Source: an uncultured Planctomycetaceae bacterium (GTDB lineage Bacteria; Planctomycetota; Planctomycetia; Planctomycetales; Planctomycetaceae). Taken from it: a stretch of DNA of 64,000 bases. Within the stretch, counting starts at the first letter, position 1, and each line of letters begins with the position of its first letter. The notes beneath the pieces were generated by a model. That model did no database searches, was not told the origin of the DNA, and worked only from the letters and a program-made list of their open reading frames with translations. A program made the translations under genes and the position numbers. Where the stretch lies: positions 124,001 through 188,000 of the forward strand of contig CAXBME010000014.1 of NCBI GenBank assembly GCA_963976765.1. The letters are read 5' to 3'. Positions 1 to 10,737 of this stretch are shown one piece after another.

Positions 1-927
1 TCTGGCTGCCGTCTGCTGAATGGGGCCAAGCTGCGAAGCCTGAATCGGTTCGATCGTTCCCAGAATCATGATCCCGGCTCGATCACGCGTGAGACTGCTC
101 AGAGTGTAGCCCGTTCGCATTTCCATCGGCAGCGGTCGCATGATCGTGCGGGTTTTCTGCCACTGCTGGTTTATCTCGACCGCCGTCTCCCGACCGGTGG
201 CTTGAGGATCGTAGGGCAATAGACCGATGCTTTCGTCGACGAAATTCGCGAACCCCTCGTCTTCCTGAGTCGCCACGATTCGTGTGAGCAGGTCATGTTG
301 TCGATACGGCGGTGCATGCCGAACACATCGCTTCAGAAATTCGTCGAAATCGAGAACCTCAATGATGCGATTGTCGGCGCCAATCCAGAAGCTGAAACTG
401 TTTCCCGCCAGCCCGTGATAAACCTGCAACGCATCGGGGACAGACTGCGGAGCTGCCTGAGAGTCGTACTCGGTAATCTCCCCGAGAATCTCCTGCGTAT
501 ATTTCACCCGCTGATATCGAACTCCCAGCTTTCGACGACCGGCGTCTTCTTCGTCGACTGTGATCGCAAACATCAGCGTCAGATTCGACCGACTCGTCAC
601 CGGCCCGACTGACGATTCCTGCACCAGAGTCTGCTCGATCGTTTTCAACAGCGGAAAACGGTCGCCCACTCTCAATGAGAAGCTCAGATCTCCTTCCACA
701 ACTTCATCGGCCCCGGAAACAGTTTCAGACTCAGGAGGCTTTACCTGCGCTGCCCCCTGACTCAGAAACGGATCTTCGCCGTTCGAGGCAACGGGAATCT
801 CAGGAGCTTCTGCACCACCGCCAAGCAATCCGTTGAAGGAATCCTGCCCACAACCTGAAAGACCAATGCTGGCGATCAGAAATGTTGCTTTTATCGTCAT
901 TGACAATTTACGAGTCCATTCTCGCAT
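1..927 (-). CDS. Lipoprotein, DUF6263-like; 3' end runs off the window
   Basis: Not in the ORF track because it is truncated. Manual translation from ATG 927 (alternative ATG 900): MREWTRKLSMTIKATFLIASIGLSGC (lipobox) ...LSFSLRVGDRFPLLKTIEQTL...YHGLAGNSFSFWIGADNRIIEV...ESIGLLP; frame open to base 1. Confidence 0.7.
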   Translation of the reverse strand, partial: MREWTRKLSMTIKATFLIASIGLSGCGQDSFNGLLGGGAEAPEIPVASNGEDPFLSQGAAQVKPPESETVSGADEVVEGDLSFSLRVGDRFPLLKTIEQTLVQESSVGPVTSRSNLTLMFAITVDEEDAGRRKLGVRYQRVKYTQEILGEITEYDSQAAPQSVPDALQVYHGLAGNSFSFWIGADNRIIEVLDFDEFLKRCVRHAPPYRQHDLLTRIVATQEDEGFANFVDESIGLLPYDPQATGRETAVEINQQWQKTRTIMRPLPMEMRTGYTLSSLTRDRAGIMILGTIEPIQASQLGPIQQTAAR

Positions 928-960
928 CACTCTCAAGTCCTTTTGAGATGCAGGGAAGCC

Positions 961-987
961 AACAGCTAACAGCTAACAGCTAACAGC
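961..987. repeat. Heptamer tandem repeat (AACAGCT)x~4
   Basis: aacagct aacagct aacagct aacagc, read directly. Confidence 0.9.
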
Positions 988-1266
988 GCAGATCTTCGAC
1001 GTCGATCGCAATCCAGGAGAACGATATCAGTTCAGGAAAGATCGACAAACACCGGTTCCCGGTAGTTAATGTGCGGATACCGACCGCACCGCAATAGCTT
1101 CGACACGACGAATCCACAACTAACATGACGAGCCTGCAATTCTTTCCCGCCGGCTCGAGCAGACTTCACTCAACACCTGAGTTCAGAACCCAAACTCGTC
1201 CGGATTGCCAGGACTTATTCAAGCCTACTGTCATGCCACTCGAAAACGTCACTGCTTCGAAGCGAC

Positions 1267-1590
1267 TCAGTTACCGGGAGAATCCAGCGACACCTGAACT
1301 TCTCCATCCACCACGCGAGTTGTGAATGTGCGTGCGTTGAATTCCGGCCTCTCCTGATCCAGGTACCGGCCAGTCCGCAAGCAGAACTGCCAGTGATGAA
1401 TCCGACAACTGACAACGCTTCCTTCGAAGGTACCGTGCGCCAAAGAGGCCCCCGCATGCGGACACTCGTTGCTCACCGCCAGAAACTCGCCATCAACGTT
1501 AAAAAGTCCGATCATCTGCCCATCAACAATGATCATTCTCGACTCACCTGGCGGCACCCCATCAGCTGAGCACACTGGCACAAAAGTCAA
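1267..1590 (-). CDS. Rieske [2Fe-2S] ferredoxin
   Basis: CPH...CRIH Rieske ligands and WQFCLRTG. Likely TTG start at 1590 (MTFVPVC); the ORF track extends to 1620. Confidence 0.85.
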   Translation of the reverse strand: MTFVPVCSADGVPPGESRMIIVDGQMIGLFNVDGEFLAVSNECPHAGASLAHGTFEGSVVSCRIHHWQFCLRTGRYLDQERPEFNARTFTTRVVDGEVQVSLDSPGN

Positions 1591-1692
1591 AACAAATATC
1601 CATGTCCAAAATCGCGACAAGAAACGGTCGCCAAAACAATCCCGGCGTCCCGGAGAATTTCAACATCGCGTCCTCTGACCAAATCCTTAAAC

Positions 1693-1727
1693 AAAAAGGA
1701 CGCAGCTCCATCAGGAACTGCGTCCTT
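1693..1727 (-). terminator. Intrinsic terminator after the DUF1559/lipoprotein pair
   Basis: Minus strand AAGGACGCAG-ttcctgatggag-CTGCGTCCTT followed by TTTGTTT. Confidence 0.75.
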
Positions 1728-1776
1728 CTGCTAGATCATAAACAGCAACGACCCCCATAGCACATCGACACACGCA

Positions 1777-1986
1777 CTAGGTCGGCGGTCCATCCAGGTC
1801 AGATCCATCACCCTGCGTTGTAACACTCTCCATTTCTTTCTCAAGCCGTTCCATTTCTGCCGGATCCGTCGGTGGCTCCGGCTCATCAGGATTGATGTTC
1901 TCAGCAACCCTCGTTGCTGGACCACACCCCTGGACAGGTACGATTAAAGTGAAAAACATCAGCGCATAAAAGATTCGACAAACCAT
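1777..1986 (-). CDS. Small acidic lipoprotein (DUF1559 partner)
   Basis: Hydrophobic signal plus VQGC lipobox, Pro/Glu/Asp-rich tail, directly downstream of the DUF1559 gene. Confidence 0.7.
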   Translation of the reverse strand: MVCRIFYALMFFTLIVPVQGCGPATRVAENINPDEPEPPTDPAEMERLEKEMESVTTQGDGSDLDGPPT

Positions 1987-2013
1987 GCCCAAATCTACCC
2001 CTTGTCCAAAACA

Positions 2014-3111
2014 CTACTCGAATTCCACTGCCTGGCCATCAGCAATGCGTGTCAGAAGACAGTAAGCAAAGTGATTCATATTTTCGCCCAGGAACTTAAC
2101 GCCTCCGTCACCTAACAGGAAATGAGCCCCGCCAACATGAACACTCGATGCAACGCATTCGTGCTGACGGTCATCTGGCGTTGTACCACTGCCAGTCATA
2201 CCAGGCACGTGCAGCCTGCCATTGATGTGATACCTCTCGTTGTTGATGTGGTTCAAATCGTTGTTTGGATGCGTTACCAGGAACGGGCCACGATGTCGAG
2301 CGCCCGCCCACATCATGCTTCTTGCATCCGGGTTGTTGCGATTCTGAATAACAACCGTCTCCCCCACAACAACTGTGTTCGAAAGGCCATCGGTCACGTT
2401 TGAGTAACGAGCAGCACCGTTATATCCAAACGCCCCATTCACCGGACCACTGACGGTCCCACCGTCAGGACCAGGCAATGAATGATTGACGGTCAACTGC
2501 CTGGTCCAATACTCCTGGCCATCCCAGGTTCGATGCGATCCGGCGATCAACCCATAATTCGTATATGCATGATTGGTCGCATGCCAGTGATCCTGGTCAG
2601 TGTGATTGGCAAGGTCATCACGCCCTTGATCAGAAGGGCAAAGTAGAACGTCAATAATCTTACTGTGCAGTCCCTTGTCGAAGTTCGGGTTCCCTGTCCC
2701 CCAACCACAAGCTAACGCCCCGGGCCCACCCGCGTCAGCTCGCGCCCAACCGGCTGTGGCGCAGTTGAAATCAAACTCTTCGTAAAGCGGTGCCTGATCA
2801 ATATAAGGAAGCAGATACAGCCACGCGGTGTGGTTCTTGATATCGGGATTGTTACCTGCCGCGTGTCCGTCGTTCGCATGAGCACGGCCGCGGTTTACGT
2901 CACCTGGTGGCAATATGCTGTGGACATCGACGTAATTCGCAAGCGCAATTCCGATTTGCTTCAGATGACTCTTGCATTGGGCTCGACGAGCAGCCTCTCG
3001 TGCCTGCTGCACCGCAGGCAACAGCAGCGCCACAAGGATCGCGATAATCGCTATCACGACCAACAGCTCAATAAGCGTGAATGCTCGCCTTTTAAGGCAT
3101 ACTCTGACCAT
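2014..3111 (-). CDS. DUF1559 prepilin-type N-methylation domain protein (H-X9-DG)
   Basis: [65 protein letters not shown] before ATG 3111. Confidence 0.95.
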   Translation of the reverse strand: MVRVCLKRRAFTLIELLVVIAIIAILVALLLPAVQQAREAARRAQCKSHLKQIGIALANYVDVHSILPPGDVNRGRAHANDGHAAGNNPDIKNHTAWLYLLPYIDQAPLYEEFDFNCATAGWARADAGGPGALACGWGTGNPNFDKGLHSKIIDVLLCPSDQGRDDLANHTDQDHWHATNHAYTNYGLIAGSHRTWDGQEYWTRQLTVNHSLPGPDGGTVSGPVNGAFGYNGAARYSNVTDGLSNTVVVGETVVIQNRNNPDARSMMWAGARHRGPFLVTHPNNDLNHINNERYHINGRLHVPGMTGSGTTPDDRQHECVASSVHVGGAHFLLGDGGVKFLGENMNHFAYCLLTRIADGQAVEFE

Positions 3112-3680
3112 CGTAGATTCTCCGCAGAAAAGAAGGGACGACAAGAAACCAGGGTTTTTGAGCCGAGCTGCTGAAGAAATTCGATCAAGCTAAGACAGCC
3201 GAGACTAAACCCCACAAATGCTCCTTTTGAACCGATGGAACGAATTGAGAAGAATCTCAAAACCGAGAAAAACCATCGATATTCAGTGATATGAACTTCT
3301 GAGCCTAGCGATTGCTCCACCACCGCGTCAACAGTCACAACATGTTGGTCATCAGGATTTGACAATTCAATTTTCCGGCCTCTCAGGCGGTTGAATTCGG
3401 TGGCAATTCCGTCTGACAATTCACGGTTCCTCAATAGAAACCAAAGCATTGTCCCAACCACTTGAGCCGACTCAGCCACGCGATTTTTCAACGGCTCGTC
3501 GCGGCTTTCCTGCTTTGGTCGCGTCGCCCAGAAGTGGGGCAACGACCAAAGCAGGAAAGCTTGTGGCTAAGACCGGTTCCGATACGATCTGACGCGTAGA
3601 TCTGACGTGAGGGTCCTCTCGGACAAGCAGACTGTTCATCGCTTTCGTCAGCATTACTTCAATAGTCTGGCAGGCAGAGA

Positions 3681-4883
3681 ATGGCGCTAAGTCGAAGAAT
3701 TCTGGCAGTCACTGCTGGCCTTGTACTTGTGGGCCTGCTAGGGTCGATCAGCCTGAAGGCGTACGTTCAAAGCATTAGCGACCAGCTTGTCAAACAGGGA
3801 GACCGGTCACTCGTCGTCGACCATGCCCCTGAAGAAGCTGAGAAAATGGCACGCTGGGTACTTCGCTTCACCCCGGACCATCATGACGCATTACTGCTTC
3901 TGGGCGTCTCGCTCAATCGCCAGAATCGGTACGACGAAGCGGCTGACGTGTTCGAGACAGCCAAACATACCGTTGACTTTTCACCGGACGCATCCTACGC
4001 ACGCGCCGCATGCCTAATGCTTTCCGGGCGTTATCAGGACGCAGAAGTTGAACTTGTGACACTTCTTGAGAGCGTTCCCCACCATGATGATGCAAGGAAT
4101 CTGCTTCGCCAGCTCTTGGAAAAAACGTACCGTTTTTACGACGCCGCGGCACTTGTTCAGAATCGATTTCACAATCAGCCCGACGATCTCCGCTATCTTA
4201 CAGAGTGCCTGAAGGTCTCCGTCGCTTTTCCGCTCGGACAAGCAGTGGTGCCTGAACTTTCGGACTTTAACAAACGTCATCCAGCACAGCCGACTGTAAT
4301 TGCAGGACTGGCTCGTGCTCACTGGCTGAAAGGCAACATCGCCGAGTCCGCAGCCTTGTTCAACGAATTGCTCAAACTTGATGAACTAACGCCAGGACAA
4401 CTGGCCTGGGCAGCAGAATTCTGGGTTGAAGCAGGAGACATTGGCAAAGCCCAAGTGGCTGCGGCGAGAATGGACCTGGTGGCCAAACTTCAAGAGCATG
4501 CTGATCATGTAAAAGCACAGGCTGAATCGGCACGCGCATCGCTGGCGAGCAGTCAGGGAAATTTTGCAGATGCAGAACTCCACTTGACTCGTGCAGTCTC
4601 TCTGGCCCCGGATCAGGCCGAGTATTATCTGCGTCGTGCTGACATCAGGCGTCGACTTCGCAAAGTTGATGCAGCAATTGAAGACACCACTTACGGAAAA
4701 CAAACAGCGCGAACATCCGAAGAACTAAGACGCCGATCAGGCCGAATCGAACTTGGAGAACTAACACCTGAAATCTGCCGGGAAGTGGCAACGCTGTACA
4801 ATCAACGTCGTCAACAAGGAAGCCAGGAGATATCGAATGCCTGGCTGGAACTCGCCAACGCCCTGACTCCAATCAACTATTAG
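3681..4883 (+). CDS. Membrane-anchored TPR protein
   Basis: N-terminal hydrophobic anchor followed by multiple TPR-like helical repeats. Confidence 0.8.
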   Translation: MALSRRILAVTAGLVLVGLLGSISLKAYVQSISDQLVKQGDRSLVVDHAPEEAEKMARWVLRFTPDHHDALLLLGVSLNRQNRYDEAADVFETAKHTVDFSPDASYARAACLMLSGRYQDAEVELVTLLESVPHHDDARNLLRQLLEKTYRFYDAAALVQNRFHNQPDDLRYLTECLKVSVAFPLGQAVVPELSDFNKRHPAQPTVIAGLARAHWLKGNIAESAALFNELLKLDELTPGQLAWAAEFWVEAGDIGKAQVAAARMDLVAKLQEHADHVKAQAESARASLASSQGNFADAELHLTRAVSLAPDQAEYYLRRADIRRRLRKVDAAIEDTTYGKQTARTSEELRRRSGRIELGELTPEICREVATLYNQRRQQGSQEISNAWLELANALTPINY

Positions 4884-4944
4884 CAAGCTGTCTGCAGAAT
4901 GTTCTTTTGTCGTCAACCAAGTGTCGCGATAAGAAATACCCGCC

Positions 4945-6765
4945 ATGAATCGTTTTCTGCATGCAATATATCTGACGGGGATCTTTCTTCTCTTTGGAGG
5001 GTGTCATTCGCAAACAGACACCGAGCACATCGGTCATCCTCGCCAGGCTGATTCGACATCTACGAGTCCATCCAATTCAGCCAGGAAGTCACCTTTAACG
5101 CCGGGAGAAAGTCAGACGCTCCAGAATCCAGGCCACCGCAACCAGAATCTGTCCGAAGTCACGTTTACCGACGTTTCGGCTGAAAGTGGCCTGACGTTTC
5201 GGTACTACGGCAGTCCCAGCGAGCAGGCCTATATGACCGAGCAGAATGCCGGTGGAATCGCCGCATTCGATTACGACGGCGACTACTCTCCTGATCTATA
5301 CCTTGCCAACGGATCACATTTTCAGAAACCAGCCCACAAGCCTGAGCATTCAAGCCAGTTGTTTCGCAACAAAGGCGGTTGCACGTTCGAGAATATCACT
5401 CGAAAGGCTGGGCTGGAGCTGTTCTCGTTCGGCATGGGAGTCACTGCCGGCGACTTTGATAACGACGGTTTTTGCGATCTTTTTGTCGCTTCCTTCAATG
5501 AGAATTCGCTGTTTCAGAATCAAGGGGACGGTACGTTTCTCAATGTCTCATCGAAAGCTCTTCCCAGTTCTAATGTATGGAGTTGCAGTCCTGCATTTGC
5601 CGACCTCGATGGCAATGGCACTCTCGACATCTACGTTGTCAACTATGTGGACTGGACATCTGACGTTGCTCCATGCAATCCGCCGAACGCTCCTCATTTA
5701 AGACGAACCTGCAGCCCAACCGCATTCAATGCTGCGGCAGACCAGCTGTTTTCGAATTCTGGCGAAGGTACATTTCAGGAAGTTGGTGAGTCATCGGGCA
5801 TTTGCGATACAAAGGATGGCAAAGGACTGGCACTGGCAATCTTTGACGTGAACAATGATGGGCAACTCGACATCTACGTCGCAAACGACGCAACGGCAAA
5901 CAGCCTCTTTGTCAATCAAGGTGGATTTTCCTTCCTGAACGAAGCCTTGCGTTACGGAGTAGCCGTCAGCGAAGATGGTGTTCAAGGTGCCAGTATGGGA
6001 GTCGGTGTCGCTGACTTTAACCGCGACGGCGAAAACGACGTCTTGGTGACGAATTTCAGAAACCAGGTGAATGATCTTTTTCAGTCAGTGGGTGATGCTG
6101 GGTTTGTTTTCTCTAACAGTTCGACAGGACTTGACCTTGCTTCTCGCAGTAAGCTCTCGTTCGGTACAATTTTCCGTGACTTCAACGGAGATTCACTTCC
6201 AGACATCTTCATTGCAAACGGGCATATCTGGGATCTGACATCACTCGGCGCACAATACGACTACAAGATGCCACCTAGCCTGATGCTCAACGAACAGGGT
6301 CGCAGATTTCATGATGCCTCATCCGAAGTTGGCAGCTACTTCAGAAAAGAATGGCTCGGTCGGTCGGCAACGTCAGCAGATCTCGACAACGATGGTGATT
6401 GGGATCTGGTTGTACAACATCTTGAGGCAGACGCCGCGGTATTAAGAAATGATAGCTCAATAGAGCCCAACAGTGTCCTCGTTCGCTTCATCGGGACATC
6501 CTCTTGCCGTGACCCACTTGGTTGCCGAGTGGAATACAGCCGCGATGGACAGACGTTCGTTGAACATATCCCATCAGGCGAAAGCTTTCAGGCCAGTCTC
6601 GACCCCAGGATTCTTATTCCCGGCACTGGCGGACCAAACATCAGTGCACTTCGCATCACGTGGCCAAATGGAAAACGCGAAGAATGGGAAAATATCGAGG
6701 TTTCTGAGCTATCTCAGCTTGTCGCGATAGAGTCTGGAAACGTCGTCAAACTGCCTCTGCACTGA
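4945..6765 (+). CDS. CRTAC1-family lipoprotein (FG-GAP/VCBS repeats + ASPIC/UnbV)
   Basis: LFGGC lipobox; repeated DxDxDG motifs (GDFDNDG, ADLDGNG, ADFNRDG, ADLDNDG); C-terminal ITWPNG. Confidence 0.9.
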   Translation: MNRFLHAIYLTGIFLLFGGCHSQTDTEHIGHPRQADSTSTSPSNSARKSPLTPGESQTLQNPGHRNQNLSEVTFTDVSAESGLTFRYYGSPSEQAYMTEQNAGGIAAFDYDGDYSPDLYLANGSHFQKPAHKPEHSSQLFRNKGGCTFENITRKAGLELFSFGMGVTAGDFDNDGFCDLFVASFNENSLFQNQGDGTFLNVSSKALPSSNVWSCSPAFADLDGNGTLDIYVVNYVDWTSDVAPCNPPNAPHLRRTCSPTAFNAAADQLFSNSGEGTFQEVGESSGICDTKDGKGLALAIFDVNNDGQLDIYVANDATANSLFVNQGGFSFLNEALRYGVAVSEDGVQGASMGVGVADFNRDGENDVLVTNFRNQVNDLFQSVGDAGFVFSNSSTGLDLASRSKLSFGTIFRDFNGDSLPDIFIANGHIWDLTSLGAQYDYKMPPSLMLNEQGRRFHDASSEVGSYFRKEWLGRSATSADLDNDGDWDLVVQHLEADAAVLRNDSSIEPNSVLVRFIGTSSCRDPLGCRVEYSRDGQTFVEHIPSGESFQASLDPRILIPGTGGPNISALRITWPNGKREEWENIEVSELSQLVAIESGNVVKLPLH

Positions 6766-6837
6766 GATTTAATACCGGTCGTTGTCTCTAACATGCACGC
6801 CAGGACAGAACAAAGCCGCATTGAATCCCTTACAGCT

Positions 6838-7986
6838 CTACTTGAAAAACACGCCGAACTCGTAGACCGTCGTTTTTGAGAATTTGTCGCCGGGTTTGAG
6901 GATAGTCGTCGGGAATGATGGCTGATTGACTGAGTCTGGGTAATGCTGATCTTCCAGGCAGAGGGCGGATCGGTGGGCGTATTCTTTGCCGCCCTTCCCT
7001 TTCTGGCCGTGCAGGAAGTTGCCTGAGTAAAACTGAATGCCCGGTTCCTGAGTGTAGATCTTGAGAACTCGACCAGACGAAGGATCTCTCAGAGTCGCAG
7101 CCAGTGCGTTCTCGCCGGTCTGATTACGCAGGACGAAATTGTGGTCGTACCCGAGCGCTGCCGTGTCGGTCAGCTCTTCGATGCGGTCGCCGATGCGCGT
7201 TGACTTACGGAAGTCGAGTACCGTCCCCTGGACGTTGGCGATCCTGCCGGTAGGAATCAGTGTGTCGTCCGCTGGTGTGTACTTGTCTGCTTCGAGCTGG
7301 AGTTCATGATTGAGCACGGTCGGCGAACCAGCTCCAGCGAGATTGAAGTACGCGTGATTGGTCAGGTTTACGGGCGTGGCTGCGTCGGTCGTTGCTGAGT
7401 ACCGAATTGAGAGTTTGTTGTCGTCGGTCAGAACGTATCGAACGCTTACTTTCAGTGTGCCTGGGTAGCCTTCTTCGCCGTCCGGACTCGTGTACGAGAA
7501 CGCGGCCCCGACTCCCCGCTTCGGCTCGATAAGCCGGCCTTTCCAGACAACCTTGTCGAGGCTGCGTTTGACGCCACCATGCAGATGGTTCGGCTCGTTG
7601 TTTATCGCAAGCGTGTATTCCTTCCCGTCGAGCGTGAACTTGCCGTTGGCAATGCGGTTGCAGACTCGACCGGTCGTGCATCCGAAGTACTGGTTGCCCT
7701 CGCCCTCGTAACCGGCCACGTCGTCGAAACCGTTGACGATGTCGGCAACTTTTCCGTCGCGATCCTTTGCTAGAATCTGCCGAATCGTCGCTCCTCTCGA
7801 GATCACAGAAACCGTCAGACCTTGAGCATTCTTCAGAATGAACTCGTCCACGGCCTCGCCGCCAGCCGTTTTGCCGAAAGATTTCTGCACGGCAGTTCCT
7901 TTGCCATCAGCGGCTCGTGAAGTATCTGCGGCCCCAACAACCAGAACGGCGAAAGCAACGAGAATCGTCAGAACGTTGGTCTTCAT
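6838..7986 (-). CDS. galM: Aldose 1-epimerase (galactose mutarotase) with signal peptide
   Basis: GRVCNRIANG, NHLHGG, DGEEGYPG, NLTNHAYFNL, GYDHNF, QFYSGN. Confidence 0.95.
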   Translation of the reverse strand: MKTNVLTILVAFAVLVVGAADTSRAADGKGTAVQKSFGKTAGGEAVDEFILKNAQGLTVSVISRGATIRQILAKDRDGKVADIVNGFDDVAGYEGEGNQYFGCTTGRVCNRIANGKFTLDGKEYTLAINNEPNHLHGGVKRSLDKVVWKGRLIEPKRGVGAAFSYTSPDGEEGYPGTLKVSVRYVLTDDNKLSIRYSATTDAATPVNLTNHAYFNLAGAGSPTVLNHELQLEADKYTPADDTLIPTGRIANVQGTVLDFRKSTRIGDRIEELTDTAALGYDHNFVLRNQTGENALAATLRDPSSGRVLKIYTQEPGIQFYSGNFLHGQKGKGGKEYAHRSALCLEDQHYPDSVNQPSFPTTILKPGDKFSKTTVYEFGVFFK

Positions 7987-8244
7987 AATGCCTCATTCCC
8001 AAAGTTGCGGTCGCCGACACGGCGTTTTCAGCTCGATTGGTTAACTGCCCCAACATCAGATACGCTCTCAGCGTTTCTCGCCAGGAGTCGCGTGACAGTT
8101 CGGGACAGGGTGAGTTTTGCGACAGACGGCCAGGCGTGCAATCGTAGCCGCCTATTCTGCATACGCAGACGCATCGTCGACCAGTTTAATTTGATGAGGA
8201 CGTCGCATCAGGCCGCCTGAGCCGGATGCAGACAGGAGAAGAAC

Positions 8245-8514
8245 GTGACCGACGATGCCGCTGAATTCGAACCGGGCGACACTCCACCCGAAAACCCTGA
8301 ACGAGCAGCGGGCCGACCGTTGCAGCTCGATCAGTTTCTGAAACTCTGCGGAGTCGTCGAAACCGGCGGCCAGGCCAAACAGCTCATCCAGGGGGGCGAA
8401 GTCGCGCTGAACGGTGAAGTGGAAACGCGGCGGCGCAAGAAACTATCGATTGACGACATCATCGAAGTCTTCGGTAATGTTCTGCCTGTCGCGGAATTCT
8501 TCAGCGCCGAGTGA
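8245..8514 (+). CDS. S4-domain RNA-binding protein (YaaA/YbcJ-like)
   Basis: LDQFLKLCGVVETGGQAKQLIQGGEVALNGEVETRRRKKL; GGAG RBS before GTG. Confidence 0.9.
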   Translation: MTDDAAEFEPGDTPPENPERAAGRPLQLDQFLKLCGVVETGGQAKQLIQGGEVALNGEVETRRRKKLSIDDIIEVFGNVLPVAEFFSAE

Positions 8515-8525
8515 ACCTTGTCCGC

Positions 8526-10043
8526 CTATTTCTTACTTTGAGCCGCCTTGAGCCGTGACGCGTACTCGGGACGTTTTCGCCACTCGTCGAAATAAGGTCG
8601 GTACCCGTCAACGGTCATCCAGAAACGCGGCTCTGGCTCTCCATCCCTGACTCGACCTTCCGGGTAATCCTTTCCTGCCAGACTGTCCGCGATCGACTTG
8701 TCTTGAGCCGCAAGCTGCGTCGTCATCCGAGCAGCAATCTCAGGCAGGCTCTCGTAAAGATTCTTCGACTCCTTCGGGTCAGCGGCAAGGTCATACAGCT
8801 CGAAGGATTTCTTTTTGCCTTTCCCGGTAAGCAGCAGTTTGAAGTTGTTGTCGAGCAATGCCGAATCGCCGAAGCAACTGAACGAAATCGGCTGCTCCCG
8901 CTTCGACCAGTTTTCTGTAAACAGCCCCTTGAGACTCTGACCGTCCTGCGGCTTCTGCATGACTGAATCGGGCAGGCCGACGATTTCGGCAATGGTCGGA
9001 AAGATGTCCATCGCGACGGACGGAAACTCTGTGATGCGAGGTTTCGTGATGTGAGCTGGCCATTCAACGATCGCCGGAACGCGCAGCCCGCCTTCGTAGA
9101 GACTGCCTTTGAAGCCTCGCAGATCGCCGACCGTGCTTGGAGTAATCTTCGGCAGGCCGCCGTTGTCACTGGTGAACCAGACGAGCGTATTGTCCGCGAT
9201 GCTGAGATCCCGCAGTCCTTTGCGCAGTGCGCCGATGCTTCGATCCATCGCGACGAGTTCGCCGTGCTGGTCTTTCGATGCGGTATCGAGATGAGCGAAT
9301 TCTTTCGTATCTTCGTCGGAAGCCATGAACGGGTTATGCGGCGTGCCGTACCAGATCACGGTAAGGAACGGCTTGCCAGCCTTCGCCTGCCTGGCGATAA
9401 ACTTCAGAGCCTCATCAACGATGATCTCTGAAGAGTCACCCTCGAACTCCACAAAGTCTCCCCGGCGACTCATGATCGGATCGCGGTCGAAGAAATTGGT
9501 CACCGACAACCACTCATCGAAGCCAAACACGCCGGGATTGTGCGAGTCCTCAGCCAGGATCGGAACACCGGGACCGCGCAGACCGTTAAGGTGCCACTTG
9601 CCGAAATGTCCCGTCGCATAGCCAGCCGCCTTCAACGCCTGAGCGATGGTCTTTTCCTGTCGCCGCAAGGCGTAACCATGACTCAGCACACCGGTGCGCA
9701 GGTTAGTTCGTCCGGTAAGAACGCTCGCCCGAGTCGGAGAACAAACCGGAGCCGCCGCGTAGTACCGGTCGAAACGCAAGCCGTTTGCCGCCATCGCGTC
9801 GAGGTTCGGAGTCTTCAGAACCGGATTATTGTAGTAGCCAGTCTGCCCCCAGCCCTGGTCATCCGCCATCACGAGAATGACATTCGGCTGACTGTCAGCC
9901 GCGGTGGCTGTTCGTTGAGCCGTACCGCTCAACATCTGAAAAGTCGAAATCAGCAGAACCAGTGCTGGCGCGATCCTGGAAAGTCTCCCTGATGTGACTG
10001 CATGATTCGTTAAGTAATCGAACATCGCGAATTCGTCTTTCAC
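8526..10043 (-). CDS. Formylglycine-dependent sulfatase (S1), secreted
   Basis: PNVILVMADDQG, CSPTRASVLTG, GKWHL, SDNGG, YEGGLRVP. Start uncertain (10043 or 10025). Confidence 0.95.
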   Translation of the reverse strand: MKDEFAMFDYLTNHAVTSGRLSRIAPALVLLISTFQMLSGTAQRTATAADSQPNVILVMADDQGWGQTGYYNNPVLKTPNLDAMAANGLRFDRYYAAAPVCSPTRASVLTGRTNLRTGVLSHGYALRRQEKTIAQALKAAGYATGHFGKWHLNGLRGPGVPILAEDSHNPGVFGFDEWLSVTNFFDRDPIMSRRGDFVEFEGDSSEIIVDEALKFIARQAKAGKPFLTVIWYGTPHNPFMASDEDTKEFAHLDTASKDQHGELVAMDRSIGALRKGLRDLSIADNTLVWFTSDNGGLPKITPSTVGDLRGFKGSLYEGGLRVPAIVEWPAHITKPRITEFPSVAMDIFPTIAEIVGLPDSVMQKPQDGQSLKGLFTENWSKREQPISFSCFGDSALLDNNFKLLLTGKGKKKSFELYDLAADPKESKNLYESLPEIAARMTTQLAAQDKSIADSLAGKDYPEGRVRDGEPEPRFWMTVDGYRPYFDEWRKRPEYASRLKAAQSKK

Positions 10044-10107
10044 TTAGAGGTACTGACTTTTTAATTCGACGCGACAGCGTCTGGAACAAGCACCGCCTCA
10101 TTGCAGA

Positions 10108-10737
10108 TCAACTTTGAGCTTCCGCCAGCAGCAATCGGACCAGCCGCGGCGTCAAACGCTGAAACGCTCGCGCGCGATGACTGAGCTGGTTTTTGACGAC
10201 TGAGCTCAGTTCGCCAAATGTCTGATGAAACTCGGGAATCAGAAAGTACGGGTCGTAGCCGAATCCGTTGTCCCCGCGAGCTTCATCGATGATTCGACCG
10301 CGACATGTGCCTTCTTCGGTCATCCGAATTTCTCCGGCAGGACTGGAAATCGCCACGTGGCAGGTGTAATGAGCACTGCGTTTTTCAGGAGCGATCCCCG
10401 CCAGCTCTTTCAGCAACTTCTGGTTGTTCCGCTCGTCGGTCGCGTCTTCGCCGCTGAAGCGTGCCGAGTAAACTCCGGGTGCTCCGCCGAGCGAGTCAAC
10501 GCTCAGACCGCTGTCCTCGGCGAGAACCCATTCGTTAATTGCCGTCGCCGTTTCAGATGCCTTTTTGGCGGCGTTTGCTGCAAAGGTATCGCCGTCTTCG
10601 ACCACTTCAGGAATGTCAGCGAAGTCGGCAATTCCGACGACCTGAATTCCATGCGGCTCAAGAAGCTGAGCGATCTCCTGCAACTTTTTCCGGTTGCGGC
10701 TACCGACGACGAGTCGTGAATTTTTTTTACTGGTCAT
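10108..10737 (-). CDS. rdgB: Non-canonical purine NTP pyrophosphatase (RdgB/HAM1)
   Basis: SRNRKKLQE, EDSGL, APGVYSARF, GFGYDP, KNQLSHR. Start at MTSKK (10737), not the 11079 ORF extension. Confidence 0.93.
   Translation of the reverse strand: MTSKKNSRLVVGSRNRKKLQEIAQLLEPHGIQVVGIADFADIPEVVEDGDTFAANAAKKASETATAINEWVLAEDSGLSVDSLGGAPGVYSARFSGEDATDERNNQKLLKELAGIAPEKRSAHYTCHVAISSPAGEIRMTEEGTCRGRIIDEARGDNGFGYDPYFLIPEFHQTFGELSSVVKNQLSHRARAFQRLTPRLVRLLLAEAQS

Noticed and set aside
295..760. Plus-strand ORFs at the window start
   Set aside because: Antisense to the truncated minus-strand lipoprotein CDS.
3054..3654. 162-aa and 60-aa ORFs in the DUF1559/TPR intergenic region
   Set aside because: No motifs or RBS, and one overlaps the DUF1559 start; probably regulatory DNA.
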